This document shows, piece after piece, positions 52,111-64,000 of a stretch of DNA of 64,000 nucleotides. How positions within the stretch are numbered: the stretch's first letter is position 1; each line of letters opens with the position of its first letter. Source of the stretch: Syncephalis fuscata S228. Lineage: Eukaryota > Fungi > Zoopagomycota. Where the stretch lies: contig JAHLTZ010000044.1 in assembly GCA_025786725.1 (NCBI GenBank), positions 1 through 64,000 of the forward strand, written 5' to 3'. The notes below the pieces were generated by a model, which worked only from the letters and a program-made list of their open reading frames with translations, did not search any database and was not told the DNA's origin. Made by a program: the position numbers and the translations under genes.

Positions 52111-53298
52111 TTAATTATCAACAATTAAATTGATGGCTTGACGTACAGCCGTCAAATCATCGAGTAATGTCATATGCCCATGAGTTGAGTAGACTGTTTT
52201 ATATGGAATTCCTTGAGGCAATTGGGCACTGGATAAAGCAATAAGACCGTCACCTTTAACTTGAATGGCCTGCGCGTAGTCAATATCAAGTAGTCCATCT
52301 GTCGTTTCTTTAGCTTGGTAGCGATATGGTGTGGGTAAAGTGTTACCAGCAATAATAACAAACTTTGGATACACAAAATTTGAATGGTTTGGCTTTTTAA
52401 TGACACCATCTCGAGATTGACGGGCCCGCTCAATAGCATAGTGCAAATAATCAACGCGTTCCTTGTAACTGCCCATTGCTAATTGATTGGTCGTTGAAAG
52501 AACAGGGGACAATTTGTAGCGCAGCCATTCATTAGCATCATAATAGTTGATGTGCCAATCAGATCCATCGGGTTTAACAAGACCTGTGCTATCAAATGGG
52601 AAGAAACTAAAGCTTGATTGTAATTGAAAATGAGTTTCAGCAGTAAAACATTCAGTATTACGGCCTACAGGTGTACCATTTAGTTTTGCTTGAAGTGCAG
52701 TGATAGATCCATTAAATGGCGATCCAGCAAAAATGGCGGCTTTGAATAATTCAGGCCGTTTATGCACAGCATTAAGTGTAATAATACCGCCCATAGAGTG
52801 CGCAATAACCGTCACTGCCCTACGTTCACGACGACGATATATATCTTCTACGTAGTGAATAAATTTTGCTATGGTATCGATATTATTGCGTCTAAAATCG
52901 TAGTCGAACAAATGTACACGGAAACGACCGTTGGATACACGTGCTGCATCTTCAATACCATTGATAAACGATGAATAATACTCAATATACGTCTTATTAG
53001 TAAGATAGCCATCAGTAATAATTGGATCCGGCTCGTTATCACGTGTCGTTATTGGCAAGTGCATTGGTGGATGTATTTTATCATCGAGTAATTCTTGGGT
53101 AATCCAATATTCTTTATTATTTTGACGTGTATCGACTAATTTCGATCCAGCAAATCCATGAATAACGATGATATCACCCGATAACTTATCGAACGTTTGA
53201 GTTGAAGCGGTAGGCTGGCTAATGGTCATGGTCAATTGTGGTGATATGTTCAATAGGATAACAAATAGAACGGCAATAAAATAGATCATATTAAACAT
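52111..53298 (-). CDS. Secreted alpha/beta hydrolase, LCAT/PLA2-like (similar to yeast YJR098C type)
   Basis: Signal peptide, IIVIHGFAGSKL, FDYDFRR, IAHSMGG nucleophile elbow, AGSPF, GDGLI, H.TLL. Intronless, 395 aa. Confidence 0.85.
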   Translation of the reverse strand: MFNMIYFIAVLFVILLNISPQLTMTISQPTASTQTFDKLSGDIIVIHGFAGSKLVDTRQNNKEYWITQELLDDKIHPPMHLPITTRDNEPDPIITDGYLTNKTYIEYYSSFINGIEDAARVSNGRFRVHLFDYDFRRNNIDTIAKFIHYVEDIYRRRERRAVTVIAHSMGGIITLNAVHKRPELFKAAIFAGSPFNGSITALQAKLNGTPVGRNTECFTAETHFQLQSSFSFFPFDSTGLVKPDGSDWHINYYDANEWLRYKLSPVLSTTNQLAMGSYKERVDYLHYAIERARQSRDGVIKKPNHSNFVYPKFVIIAGNTLPTPYRYQAKETTDGLLDIDYAQAIQVKGDGLIALSSAQLPQGIPYKTVYSTHGHMTLLDDLTAVRQAINLIVDN

Positions 53299-54257
53299 GA
53301 TACAATAGCTATTGCCTTTAAAAGTGTAAAAAGGAGCAAAGGCACAAATAATAGAAAGAGAACGAACGTTTTATTTATATCCATTGCTTTACGCAACATG
53401 TGCCATTTATTCTACAGCTCCTACCTTTCTTTAGCTATCAATCAGAACAAGCCGTTTATGTAGCAGATATTATTTATTAATTAACAAACATAATAAAATA
53501 CCCATATTTAATTATTATTATTATTATTATTATTATTATTGGTTTTTTATAGCAACAGAATAGAATATACCGTAAATATAAATAGGATGATAGACTAATA
53601 ACTAGCTACATACTATAGATCTATTATCGCTTCCTTTTCTTGTTATTTTGCTAATAAATTGCCACACTATATAATAGGAACAAATACGCACAATGATCTA
53701 CAAAAATCCAAGAGTAGAAAGGCTAGCTTCCCTGTCATCATCTACACTACTTCTTTTGGCGTAATCACTTTCTGTCTCAGTCTTTCTAACATGTTCTGCC
53801 ATTCTTTACTATGCCACGTTGTTCCAATCATATACAGTCGACGTCTCCAGAAATAGGCATCCATTGATACTGCTGGCCAATAAACACGCCTCATTGACTT
53901 GGAATCCAATTGTGTTCCAATAGGTGCTGTCGTCATTCCGAGTGGGAAATTACATTCATTCAGAGCAAGAAATCGTCTCCCCCAAGCCATCATCCATACA
54001 CACGCACACACACACACACAATACACACAGATTCATCCACACACACACACACGCAATCGTTCACATTCATAAACCACACACACACCTCACCATCGCGCGA
54101 TTGTCTCGTTTACATATCTGCCACACATTTACTCGCACCACGCTCATCTGTTCGCTTATTCGCTTGTCGTTCATCTATATCCATCCATCCATCCATCTAC
54201 TCACTTAACTCTTCCAACCCATTCGTTTATATTGTCTTTTATCATCAATCAAACAAC

Positions 54258-55406
54258 ATGTCCGAAGACAAGCGTAACAACTATGTCTATATGGCCAAGC
54301 TTGCCGAGCAGGCCGAACGCTATGACGGTAAGTAAGCAATGATGAGCGTGGTTTCAGAGCATAGAGCAGTGGTATGGGCTATAGGCTACAGATGGCCGAT
54401 TGTAGACGCATCATCTGCAGTAGATGATGCGTCTTGTTCGACAGATGGGCTGCGAGATGAGCAAAAGTCGCCTCATCTGGCGATGAGAGAATCGGCCATG
54501 GTCGCGAAGTATATGCTATCATCTGGACGGTAAACGTCACAGAAATACGACAAGCTCATTACTAATAACAAACGATTGTTATTGCTGTTGCATCATGATG
54601 GCTATTATTAGAGATGGTTGAAAACATGAAGGATGTTGCCAAACTCTCGACTGAGCTTACCGTTGAGGAGCGTAACTTGCTATCTGTTGCCTACAAGAAC
54701 GTCATTGGCGCCCGTCGTGCTAGCTGGCGCATTGTTTCCTCCATCGAACAGAAGGAGGAGTCCAAGGGCAACACCAACCACGTCGACAAGATCAAAGAGT
54801 ACCGTGCCAAGATCGAAAGCGAGCTCCAAGGCATCTGCAATGACATTCTTGATGTCCTTGACGAGCATTTGATCAAGAATGCTGAGTCTGGCGAGTCCAA
54901 GGTGTTCTACCATAAGATGTAAGCACATAAATGCTATGTAAATATCTATAAAACTATAGATATTAATATAGATGGTACTATTATGCCAAATACTAATACA
55001 CTACCTGTTGGTTTATAGGAAGGGTGACTACCACCGTTACTTGGCCGAGTTTGCCTCTGGTGACTTGCGTGAAACTTCAGCCGACGAGTCGTTGAAGGCG
55101 TACAAGGCTGCCAGCGATGTTGCCGTAACTGAGTTGCCATCAACTCATCCAATCCGTCTTGGTCTTGCTCTTAACTTCTCTGTGTTCTACTATGAGATTC
55201 TTAACTCGCCAGACCGTGCCTGCCATCTTGCCAAACAGGCATTTGACGATGCCATCGCCGAGTTGGACAACTTGTCTGAAGAATCATACAAGGACAGCAC
55301 TTTGATCATGCAATTGCTCCGTGATAACTTGACCCTCTGGACTTCTGATATGCAGGATGAGGAGACCAAGGAAGAGGAGAAGACCGAGGAAAAGGCTGAT
55401 GCTTAA
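54258..55406 (+). CDS. BMH1: 14-3-3 protein (3 exons)
   Basis: [13 protein letters not shown]|[30 protein letters not shown]|[48 protein letters not shown]. Confidence 0.97.
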
Positions 55407-55598
55407 ACCGTTAGTAATCACTTACCACAACATTAAACTTGGTGAAGCGAATTTGTCTCGTGTTATGCGTGAACCTTTCGCATGTATAAGGTGTGAAAAG
55501 AATGTATTTACAGTCAAAATAAACGGCTGTTATTATTCTTCAATACTATAAAATAAGACGCGTGTCTATTGACAATATAATATAATGTATAAACTGTT

Positions 55599-56791
55599 TT
55601 ATTCTTCAAGTTCATGATGAACACGTTTCCGGCTTCGTATACCTGCTGTAATGTCCCAGGTGTCATCCTCGCCCGAGTCGGCATCTAATTATTTATGATT
55701 TTATGTTATATATATTATATATATTGCTATTTAGCCATCAATCACTTACCAAATAAATCTGGATCCACCTGCCATGGATTTGTATTATTGTCTCCGCTGT
55801 ATTGTGCCCGATTGGCCGGTATTAATCCGCGGCTAAATCGCGTAGGCTGTTTAGTACACATGGCCCTGGGTGGCTATTAATGTCGCTTACATTTGCAATT
55901 CGGGTGAAGTATCAGTGGTAGAACGACGGGCCTGTCGTCCTAATGCACTTGGCCGATATGTTTGTATACGATGGTCAAGATTAGAGGATCGATTGACGCT
56001 GTTGCCACCGCTGTTGCTAGAATGGATGTTGATGCCGTTGCTACTATTCATACTACCATTGCTATTGCTGCTGTGATGACCATTGCCGCTACCGCCGGAA
56101 AAGCCGCCATTTCCATTGCTGTATGGATGGGCATTAGAGCCTGATCGGTCCAGTATAGGCGTGCCTCTGGCCACGGTCATAAGCGTGTTTGTATCTTGCG
56201 CCAGTTATATGCATACTACAGCCTTCCCCGCGACGACTTACCGTCGACTGCCGGCACGGCCTACGTTGCGTCCGGCTATACCCAGACACTTTTCCAAATG
56301 AGGCGCGTATCGAGAGGCAACGAATTGGCGTTTGCAGTTGGTGCACTCGACAATCTCTTGCGTGTCTGGCATTGGCTTTTGGCCAAATATATCTAATCCG
56401 GGTGCGGACGCTGCAAATAAACCAGCGTAAATTGATCATGGTTACTAAAGGTTGCACTGCTAGCAGTATATGCATTCATCTGTAATCTACTTACAAAAGG
56501 CGCGACATCTGCATGTCCGTCAATACAGTGTTACTTTTGCGATAGGTGTGCTTAGTGCTAATGCACACATACACTGCTTACCGAGTTCTACAAATGCCAC
56601 ACTTGGCGGCAGCCAGCCGTGCCTCTCGATGAGCAGCAACTACTGCGTCCAGTACACACTCGTCTAGTAGTTCGGTAACGAGGTCCGACACCTATTTGGC
56701 GTCAGTATGTAGTGCCGAATCTCGTAGCTACTCGCTAACTTACCGCCTCTTTGATATTGCCACTAATCGGCTTTCGACTAATGTCTGACAT
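55599..56791 (-). CDS. SGF11: SAGA deubiquitination-module subunit Sgf11 (ATXN7L3-like), multi-exon
   Basis: Manual splicing gives [20 protein letters not shown] and the zinc finger [28 protein letters not shown]. The ORF track does not show it in frame. Confidence 0.82.
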
Positions 56792-57639
56792 GGTGGGTAA
56801 AGAAATGATTGTACAAAACAAAGCGCAATTCCAATCTTTCCCCAATCTATTTGCCATGTATTCGTCCTAATCAACAACATAAACAATACATGCTGAATAT
56901 TTAATACACCCTGGATACGCTAAATAGTAGCAAATACTATTTTATGCAATCATAGATATAGATATATATATGATTCACACTGAACTTTCAAGCAAACTAT
57001 TTGCTATATGCTACTTGTAATTTAACATTTTATTGTATAATAAAGTGCAGTATATACGGCTACTAAAACAAAAGCGCGTTATTTGCACCATTCGTTTTAT
57101 GGTTGCTATACAGCATAATAAAAGAGTTTTATTACATATCATTGCTATTGAGTAGCAATCTATGTATAGCATATTGGTTAATTCGTACTGGTCATCTATG
57201 TTTTGTTTTACTAATAAAGATTATTTATTTCTAATAAAACTAATTCATAAACAATATACGATAGCAGTTAAACTGAATAACATATAACAGTGTTACTAGT
57301 CTAGTCAGTCTAATGGGAATGTATGCTAATTGTATATGGGCAAAATAACAAACAATGCTATTTGCTAATAATGGGGTGAAATGACAATTAATTAACTAAT
57401 TGGTTAATTAAATTACACAATTTATTAAAGCAATCTATCCAACGTATTACCATATCTACAACACATTTACACAGCAATATCTACAAACCTATGTAACTAT
57501 ACCGCATTTTTTATTTTATATTAACAATCCAATAGCTATAGCGTAGCTAGAGAGTAGCTTTTTACGCAGTTTAGACAAATTTTAAATGTTTAAATAGCTT
57601 TTAAAATATGTAATGGTTTAGGACGTAAAATTAAGTAAA

Positions 57640-57723
57640 GGTAACATGGCCGAGCGGTCTAAGGCGCTACGTTCAGGTCGTAGTCTACTTCTGTGGGCGT
57701 GAGTTCGAATCTCACTGTTACCA
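57640..57723 (+). tRNA. tRNA-Leu(CAG)
   Basis: GGTAACA/TGTTACC acceptor stem, TGGCCGAGCGGTCTAAGGC D arm, CTACG-TTCAGGT-CGTAG anticodon arm, long variable arm, GTTCGAATC T loop, followed by TTTT. Confidence 0.95.
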
Positions 57724-58756
57724 TTTTGCTGCGTATTTCTATACTTTTATTGCTTTCTACGCGTGTAAAACAGTAAAAACTAAAGTTCAAGTGTGGGAGC
57801 GAATATATGAGAAGTTTGATACATTTTTACCACTCAAAACAAACATATTAGCATTGATTTCAGTTCCAAATGGCCACTGTAGAAATATATCGGTAAATAA
57901 AGGTAAACATATTTGTCATTTCTATTATTTAATAGCTAGTATCGTACATATTTCAGTTACTATTAAATATTTATTTAGTAATAGGTCATTGATATATACA
58001 TGGTACTGTCAATACAATGATAATGTGTGTGTGTGTGTGTAAATACCAACAACAAATATTGCCGATAATATAGTAGTATGGAATGAACAATACTTGATAC
58101 AAATGAAAACTACTGAATAAATACCAATAATACTTTATTTACTATGATCAAATTACAGTTTATTTATACACGGATACTACGAAGGTAATATCAGTCACAA
58201 TTACCAAATAAATTAACACAAAAAGTTTATATTTTTGCACCACTAAATCGTACAATATAGTTTAGTTTTAGTAAATGTATACTAATAGTAATCTAATAAA
58301 ACGTTGATACTTATTGTCACATAACATATTTACTAAGTAGCATAGTAATATTGTTTGCACCATTATTTATTAATATATATATATATTAGTGCTTAATATA
58401 TTTGTTAGTAGTATGTGTCATTGATGATTGTATTTGTATAGCCAAATAATGTCTTTATCAACATAAAAATTAATGTATTAATTGTTTTAAACGCTAAGCA
58501 CAACTATTTATTCATTTTTATACTATGCAATATTAACAATAGTGCATTATGTGCGACGATATATAGTCGCTAGTACAATGAAATTGTACATGTGCAAGCT
58601 GGCCTTTAAGACTTTGCAGCGTATGGTTCCACAACAGTAATTCATTGTCTTTGTTTATGAAGTAATGTTCATTGAACATGGCAATTAAATTGTTTCTTTT
58701 TCTTTTTCTCGGCCCAAACATTTGTTTATTCTGCATTTTAAATCTCTGCATTTAGT

Positions 58757-60241
58757 ATGTTGTCTGTCAAAACACGACAAGACGACCCAAAGCGACTTAT
58801 TATAGTGCGCTCCATCGTCATTTTTTTTATATTAGCAAGTCTTGTTATTATCACTATTATCCAAGCCAAAAAAGCTGCAAATCCTGTATATATCTATCAA
58901 ACAAGCGAATCAGCCGGAGCAATACCCATTCCAACCATTATATTCAATGACTTGCCTGCCACATTATTTGACGTATCCATCCAAGTGACTGGTGAATACA
59001 TCGATGCCATTGGAGCCAAAAGATACGATAAAACTTTAACTTCTGCTTTAAAAAGATTGAGATGGGGTGAAGATGTAGTAGAAATATTAGACACCAACTT
59101 TAAACATGTAAACGGCCTAGTTGGGGCATCTAATGTTTGGAGTTTTCAGCCACCACCTACCTGGCAGTTTACACCGGCAGGACAATTCAACATATCCGAC
59201 ACTTCAGGTCAAAAAAATATCACTGAAGTCACAATCACAATTACTGCTCAACACAATATATTGTCTTCTAATAGAACCGAAAACCGTGGAAGAATTGATG
59301 TATATCTGGTGGAAGATCCAGAAGCACTTTATTCTGCACGTCGTAGGCATAAGCCATTTGATCTTAGTTCCGTTGGCGGCAATCTAAAAACAACTGTTAG
59401 TTGGGAGAACAAACGTAAAATTAATTTCCGTTATTTTGAAGATCATTTAAAGGATGAAAAGCATGTGAGATATGATGTTCACTCTGAATTAGGAAGAACT
59501 GAGCAAAATGTAGCAACAATAGTACTTTCGGCACAAAATCCAACTGCTAGTGATAAAAGATATTTTGTATACGAAATACGAAAAAGACGAGCAAACTTCT
59601 CGTGGCTGGATTGTTTCGGCTCAATAGGCGGTGCTTTGACCTTTTCTTTAGCTTTATTTGCATTTTTGTTTGGTCAACGTCGAGTACGTCCTTGGGGGAT
59701 TATTCAACGGTATATATTTCGAAATCGGATACTTGGCAAATTTCCTAGATCAGTAGTTGAAATTAGCTCGATGTCTATGTCAAGAAACAGAGCTACAGCT
59801 GGGCATGATCCTGTTTTCAATCAGGATGGCGTTGGATATGATTCAAAAGTGCAGCTGAATAATAGGCAGCATAGTTTAGAAAATACTAATGAACTGAGTG
59901 CAAATATCAGCAATTATAATTATAATCAACTATTGACAATTATGAACTCATCAGTAAACCCACCTGGACAGCCTATGGCCGCTAATAATGAAGTACTTGT
60001 TCAAGAGGTCACGGAGCTAAAATCCTTAGTATATTCTTTACTGAAAGCTAAAGAATCATCAAATTCACGTTTTGGCAACTTAGACAGCGGTGAATGTACT
60101 AATATGCGCATTTCGGAGCTGGAGTCTTTTCGTCAGCGTGTAGAGTCATTTTATTTAACAGATGATTTATTTTATAAACATGAAAACCAGACTGTAAATA
60201 GGCGGTCTGCAGTGAAAACCATATCAGAGTTGAATTGGTAG
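58757..60241 (+). CDS. Uncharacterised 2-TM protein with a large luminal/extracellular loop (paralogue 1)
   Basis: 494-aa intronless ORF; N-terminal TM helix, ~240-aa loop, GSIGG-TM2-FLFG..PWGIIQ, then a cytoplasmic tail. Confidence 0.8.
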   Translation: MLSVKTRQDDPKRLIIVRSIVIFFILASLVIITIIQAKKAANPVYIYQTSESAGAIPIPTIIFNDLPATLFDVSIQVTGEYIDAIGAKRYDKTLTSALKRLRWGEDVVEILDTNFKHVNGLVGASNVWSFQPPPTWQFTPAGQFNISDTSGQKNITEVTITITAQHNILSSNRTENRGRIDVYLVEDPEALYSARRRHKPFDLSSVGGNLKTTVSWENKRKINFRYFEDHLKDEKHVRYDVHSELGRTEQNVATIVLSAQNPTASDKRYFVYEIRKRRANFSWLDCFGSIGGALTFSLALFAFLFGQRRVRPWGIIQRYIFRNRILGKFPRSVVEISSMSMSRNRATAGHDPVFNQDGVGYDSKVQLNNRQHSLENTNELSANISNYNYNQLLTIMNSSVNPPGQPMAANNEVLVQEVTELKSLVYSLLKAKESSNSRFGNLDSGECTNMRISELESFRQRVESFYLTDDLFYKHENQTVNRRSAVKTISELNW

Positions 60242-61565
60242 TGTTGGCTGTCAAGCTTGTATATGATACACATAGTATTCTAAATGCATTTAATAAAATA
60301 TTATTGATTGCACCGCAAGGCGTATTAGCCATGCTTTAATACAAATTAACAGATTTCAGGGACATATGATTATTTAGTGTAAATGATGGTATTTAAATTA
60401 AGACAGCAACCGATTTATTATTATCACTACAATGCAATTGTGCTAGTATAAAAACTGGTATGGTTTTTAAACATAACTGCCAATCGTGTCATTAATAATT
60501 TTTTCTAAATAATTATTTTAGTTATTTTTTATTTTTTTGGTTACCAGCCTAAACATACCGTATTACTGATTTGTTGGTATATTTTCTCATTACTTTATTA
60601 TTATGTGCTCTTTTCCTGTTGTCATTATAGATCTATTTTTAGTTGTTACTATTTGAATATTACAGGTGATAAACAAAAGCGATAATGAAGACCCTATGGA
60701 GCAAATAGTTAATTATACAGATAATTATTGCATTTAAAAACCATATGACAGTTATTACAAAACCATGTTTATTGTGTGATTTATAAGCACAATTAAAAAC
60801 TGAGTATTCCTAAAAGTAGCGTACGGTATGACTGCTTTTTTACTAATATTGCTATTTATTTTTACGATACTATAGTAAATAACGTTTTAATGCTAATAAA
60901 GTTTTAGTTAAATAAAGTGTGCATGTGTGTTAGTAAATATGGTGCTTTGAAACAAGATAATGCATTAGAATAATGTGCGCTGCAATAGTTTAAATAATAT
61001 GCAGGTAGTTGTCTTTAAGCAAACAAAACAAACCAAAAAAGTTATTTTAAAGTAAACACATAGACTGTTTTATAACCGACAATTATATATGTGCTTTAGT
61101 AAAAAAATACAAAGATTAAATGAAATAAAACCAAAGAAATGATAGACAAGTTGAATTGCGAAAGTGAATGTGTAACGTCGGCTTTAGAATTCTATACTAT
61201 GCCCTATTAATAGAAAATGTCTACAAAAGCAGCTGTAACACGAAAATGATACAAGTAGCACTCGAATACCCCGTAATCCCGTGATCATATAATCTAAATG
61301 TCCTTACCAGGCGCATTCATAATACGTAGTTATACCTTTTTACTTCGTCAAAATCCACCTTGCTAGCTAGCTTTCAGTACTATATTAGTTTTATTTGCGT
61401 AAGCAAGACTCTCGGATTATACTAACACGACGGCAGGCCATAAGTCCGTGACAGTAGTTCATCGCCCTTTACCACAAAACACTTTGCCCTGGATATGGCA
61501 AACAGTTTATACCTTCTATTTTTCTACTAGCTTGAGTTTTTCTAGTTTTCGCCTCCATATTCGAT

Positions 61566-63182
61566 ATGTGGTTTGCTGCAATAAGACAAAACGAGCCAAT
61601 ACAACTTATTATAGCGCGTATCCTTGCCATTATTTTGCTAACAGCTGTCTTTATTAATATTACTGTTTACCAGGTCAAGAAAGCTGTAGATCCTATATAT
61701 ATTTATCAAATAAGCGAATCAACCGGAACAATACCTGTTCCAACTATTATATTTTATGGTCCGTCTATTTCGCTATCTGACGTATCCATCCAAGTGACTG
61801 CCGATCATATTGATGCTACTGGAGTCACTGGTACAGATAAAAATTTAACTTCTGCTTTAAAAAAATTGAGATGGGGTGAGGATGTGATAGAGATATTAGA
61901 CACCAACTTTCTTAGTGTAAGGGACCTGAAAGAGAACTCTAATATTTGGAGTTTTCAACCGCCGCTTGACTGGCAGTTTATGCCAGCAGGACAATTCAAC
62001 ATATCCGACACTTCCGGTCAAAAAAATGTCACTGAAGTTAGGATCACGATTACTGGTTCAAACAATATGTTGTTGCCCAATAGAACTGAAAACCGTGGAA
62101 GAATTGATTTATGTCTGGTGGAAGATCCAGAAGCACTTTATTCTGCACGCCGTAGACATAAGCCATTTGATCTTAGTTCTGTTGGTGGAAATTTGAAAAC
62201 AAACGTTGATTGGGAAAACAAACGTAAAATTAATTTCCGTTATTTTAAAGATCATTTTAAGGATGAAAGGCATGTAAGATATGATGTTCATTCTGAATCA
62301 GAAAAAGGCGAAAAAAATGTAGCAACAATAGTACTTTCGGTACAAAATCCAACTGCTAGTGATAAAAGATATTTTGTATACGAAATACAAGATAGACAAG
62401 CAGACTTTTCGTGGATGGATTGTATCAGCTCAATAGGTGGCGTCTTTTCCCTTTTTTTAAGCGTATTTGCATTTTTGTTTGGACAAGGTCGAATAAGTCC
62501 TTGGGGCGCCGTTCAACGATACATATTTCGAAATCAAGTACTTGGCAAATTTTATAGATCAGTGGTTAGAGTTGCTCCAACACCTATATTAGGAGAAAGA
62601 ACTGCAACTGGACATAACTCTAATTTCAATCGGCATGAAACTGCACATAATTCAAACGCACGCTTAGATAATAGGCAACAGAGTCCAGGAGTTTTTAGTA
62701 GATTGAGCGCAAATATCAGCAACTGCAATTTCAGCCAAATACCAGAAATTACAAATCTATTAGTAAATCCACCTAAACACAACTCTAATTTTAATCGGCA
62801 TAAAACTGCACATAATTCAAACGCACACTTGAATAATAGGCAACAGAGTTCAGGAGTTACTAATAGATTGAGCGCAAATATCAGCAACCGCAATTCCAGC
62901 CAAATACCAGCAACTATGAACCCACCAGTAAACTCACCTGAACATCCTATGACTGGTAATAATGAAGCATCTGTTCGGGAGGCCATGGAGCCTAGATCAT
63001 CAGTATATCCTTTACAAGAAGCTAACGAACCATCGAGTTCACGTTCTAACCATTCAAGTAACAGCGAATCCACTAATATGCGTATTTTGAGGCTAGAGTC
63101 TTTTTGCCGGCGTATAGAGTTGTTCTACTTATCAAATGATTTGTCGTCTCATAAATACGAAAACAAGACTTTGGATAGATAA
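61566..63182 (+). CDS. Uncharacterised 2-TM protein (paralogue 2) with an internal 55-aa duplication
   Basis: 538-aa ORF closely similar to 58757-60241, with similar 3' flanks. 165-nt internal repeat starting at 62613 and 62778. Confidence 0.8.
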   Translation: MWFAAIRQNEPIQLIIARILAIILLTAVFINITVYQVKKAVDPIYIYQISESTGTIPVPTIIFYGPSISLSDVSIQVTADHIDATGVTGTDKNLTSALKKLRWGEDVIEILDTNFLSVRDLKENSNIWSFQPPLDWQFMPAGQFNISDTSGQKNVTEVRITITGSNNMLLPNRTENRGRIDLCLVEDPEALYSARRRHKPFDLSSVGGNLKTNVDWENKRKINFRYFKDHFKDERHVRYDVHSESEKGEKNVATIVLSVQNPTASDKRYFVYEIQDRQADFSWMDCISSIGGVFSLFLSVFAFLFGQGRISPWGAVQRYIFRNQVLGKFYRSVVRVAPTPILGERTATGHNSNFNRHETAHNSNARLDNRQQSPGVFSRLSANISNCNFSQIPEITNLLVNPPKHNSNFNRHKTAHNSNAHLNNRQQSSGVTNRLSANISNRNSSQIPATMNPPVNSPEHPMTGNNEASVREAMEPRSSVYPLQEANEPSSSRSNHSSNSESTNMRILRLESFCRRIELFYLSNDLSSHKYENKTLDR

Positions 63183-64000
63183 TCTGCATTGAAAACTGTA
63201 TCAGAGCTGAATTGGCAACCTTAATTAACAAGCTTGTATACGATACACTTAGTATTTCAAATGCATTTAATAAATCTTATTTATTGAGACGTAGAACATT
63301 TTAATTATGGGCTACTATCAATAGATATATTCTAAAAATGTTTGTTCAACGCAAAATTTAGTATTTATAATATGGTGCTTATCAATTAATCTTCATTATT
63401 ACAGCGCAATTGTGTTGAAATAAAAATTGGCATGCATTTTATACACAGATGCCGTTTATGCTATCGCCACTTTTCTATACTTATTTTTAGTCCGTTAATT
63501 AGACTTGGTCTGCTACTTGCTACTTTTTGCTTAGCCGGCTTAAACCTAATATATCATTGCGTTATTGCTCAATATACTTATTTTATTATCTTATCATTAT
63601 GCGTTTTTTCCTGCCGTTATCTTACATCTATTTTCAATTATTACAATCTGTATATTACAAATGACAAACGGAGATGGCAATGTAAATGCCATGGAATATA
63701 TATTTAATTATAGAAATAGTTATTATATTTAACAATTACCCAACGGGTGTCATAAAACTATGTTTTGTCATATAGCATATGAACACAAGTAATAATTAAA
63801 CTGCCAAAGTAGCGTACATCATAATTGCTTTTAATCTGTATGGTACAAAACACTACCTGATATATCTATGCTCAAATGATTCAAACCGGCTATTGCTGAA
63901 ATTGATGGAAAAATGCTTATAAGGCTTTACTGGCATGGTTACACAACAGTTCTTTGTTCTTTAGCACAAATACATGCCTATTAATACAGCAAACAACCTA

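Noticed and set aside
49447-54060. Microsatellites (CAAA)n ~49447, (CAG/CAA)n ~51795, (ATT)n ~53511, (CA)n ~54000
   Set aside because: Ordinary simple repeats; the long ORFs over the CA tract are spurious.

Overview
AT-rich, intron-containing eukaryotic DNA from a fungus. The short GT-AG introns with CTAAC-type branch points and the orphan membrane-protein families suggest an early-diverging lineage such as Zoopagomycota (Syncephalis-like); this assignment is inference. Recognisable genes: secreted CAP protein, PHO84, SVF1, ASK1, RAD9, VNX1-like cation/H+ exchanger, a SAM methyltransferase, GIS2-like zinc-knuckle protein, a Myb/SANT protein, an LCAT-like hydrolase, 14-3-3, SGF11, tRNA-Leu(CAG), orphan multi-pass membrane genes and a tandem pair of 2-TM proteins. 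The main finding is at 35.1-38.1 kb (minus strand). What looks like an ~81-bp AT-rich satellite is a chain of 36 mutually similar phase-1 introns separating 35 micro-exons (34 of 3 nt, one of 6 nt). Joined to an upstream signal-peptide exon and a 5-nt last coding exon, they give a stop-free 68-aa precursor, MKLSIAVVCTVVVALIAATVIVDAKPALVRR-AKDPAKCNQCMSQCYGNYPYPSQAINDCPKRCAKQCK*. This is a secreted six-cysteine peptide in which almost every codon of the mature part is split by its own intron. A second notable item is a decayed Fanzor (eukaryotic TnpB-like) gene at ~19.3-19.9 kb, whose 3' end and putative omegaRNA region is duplicated in inverted orientation at 23.1-23.5 kb. Several conserved genes carry 1-nt deletions in short homopolymers, which are probably assembly errors.
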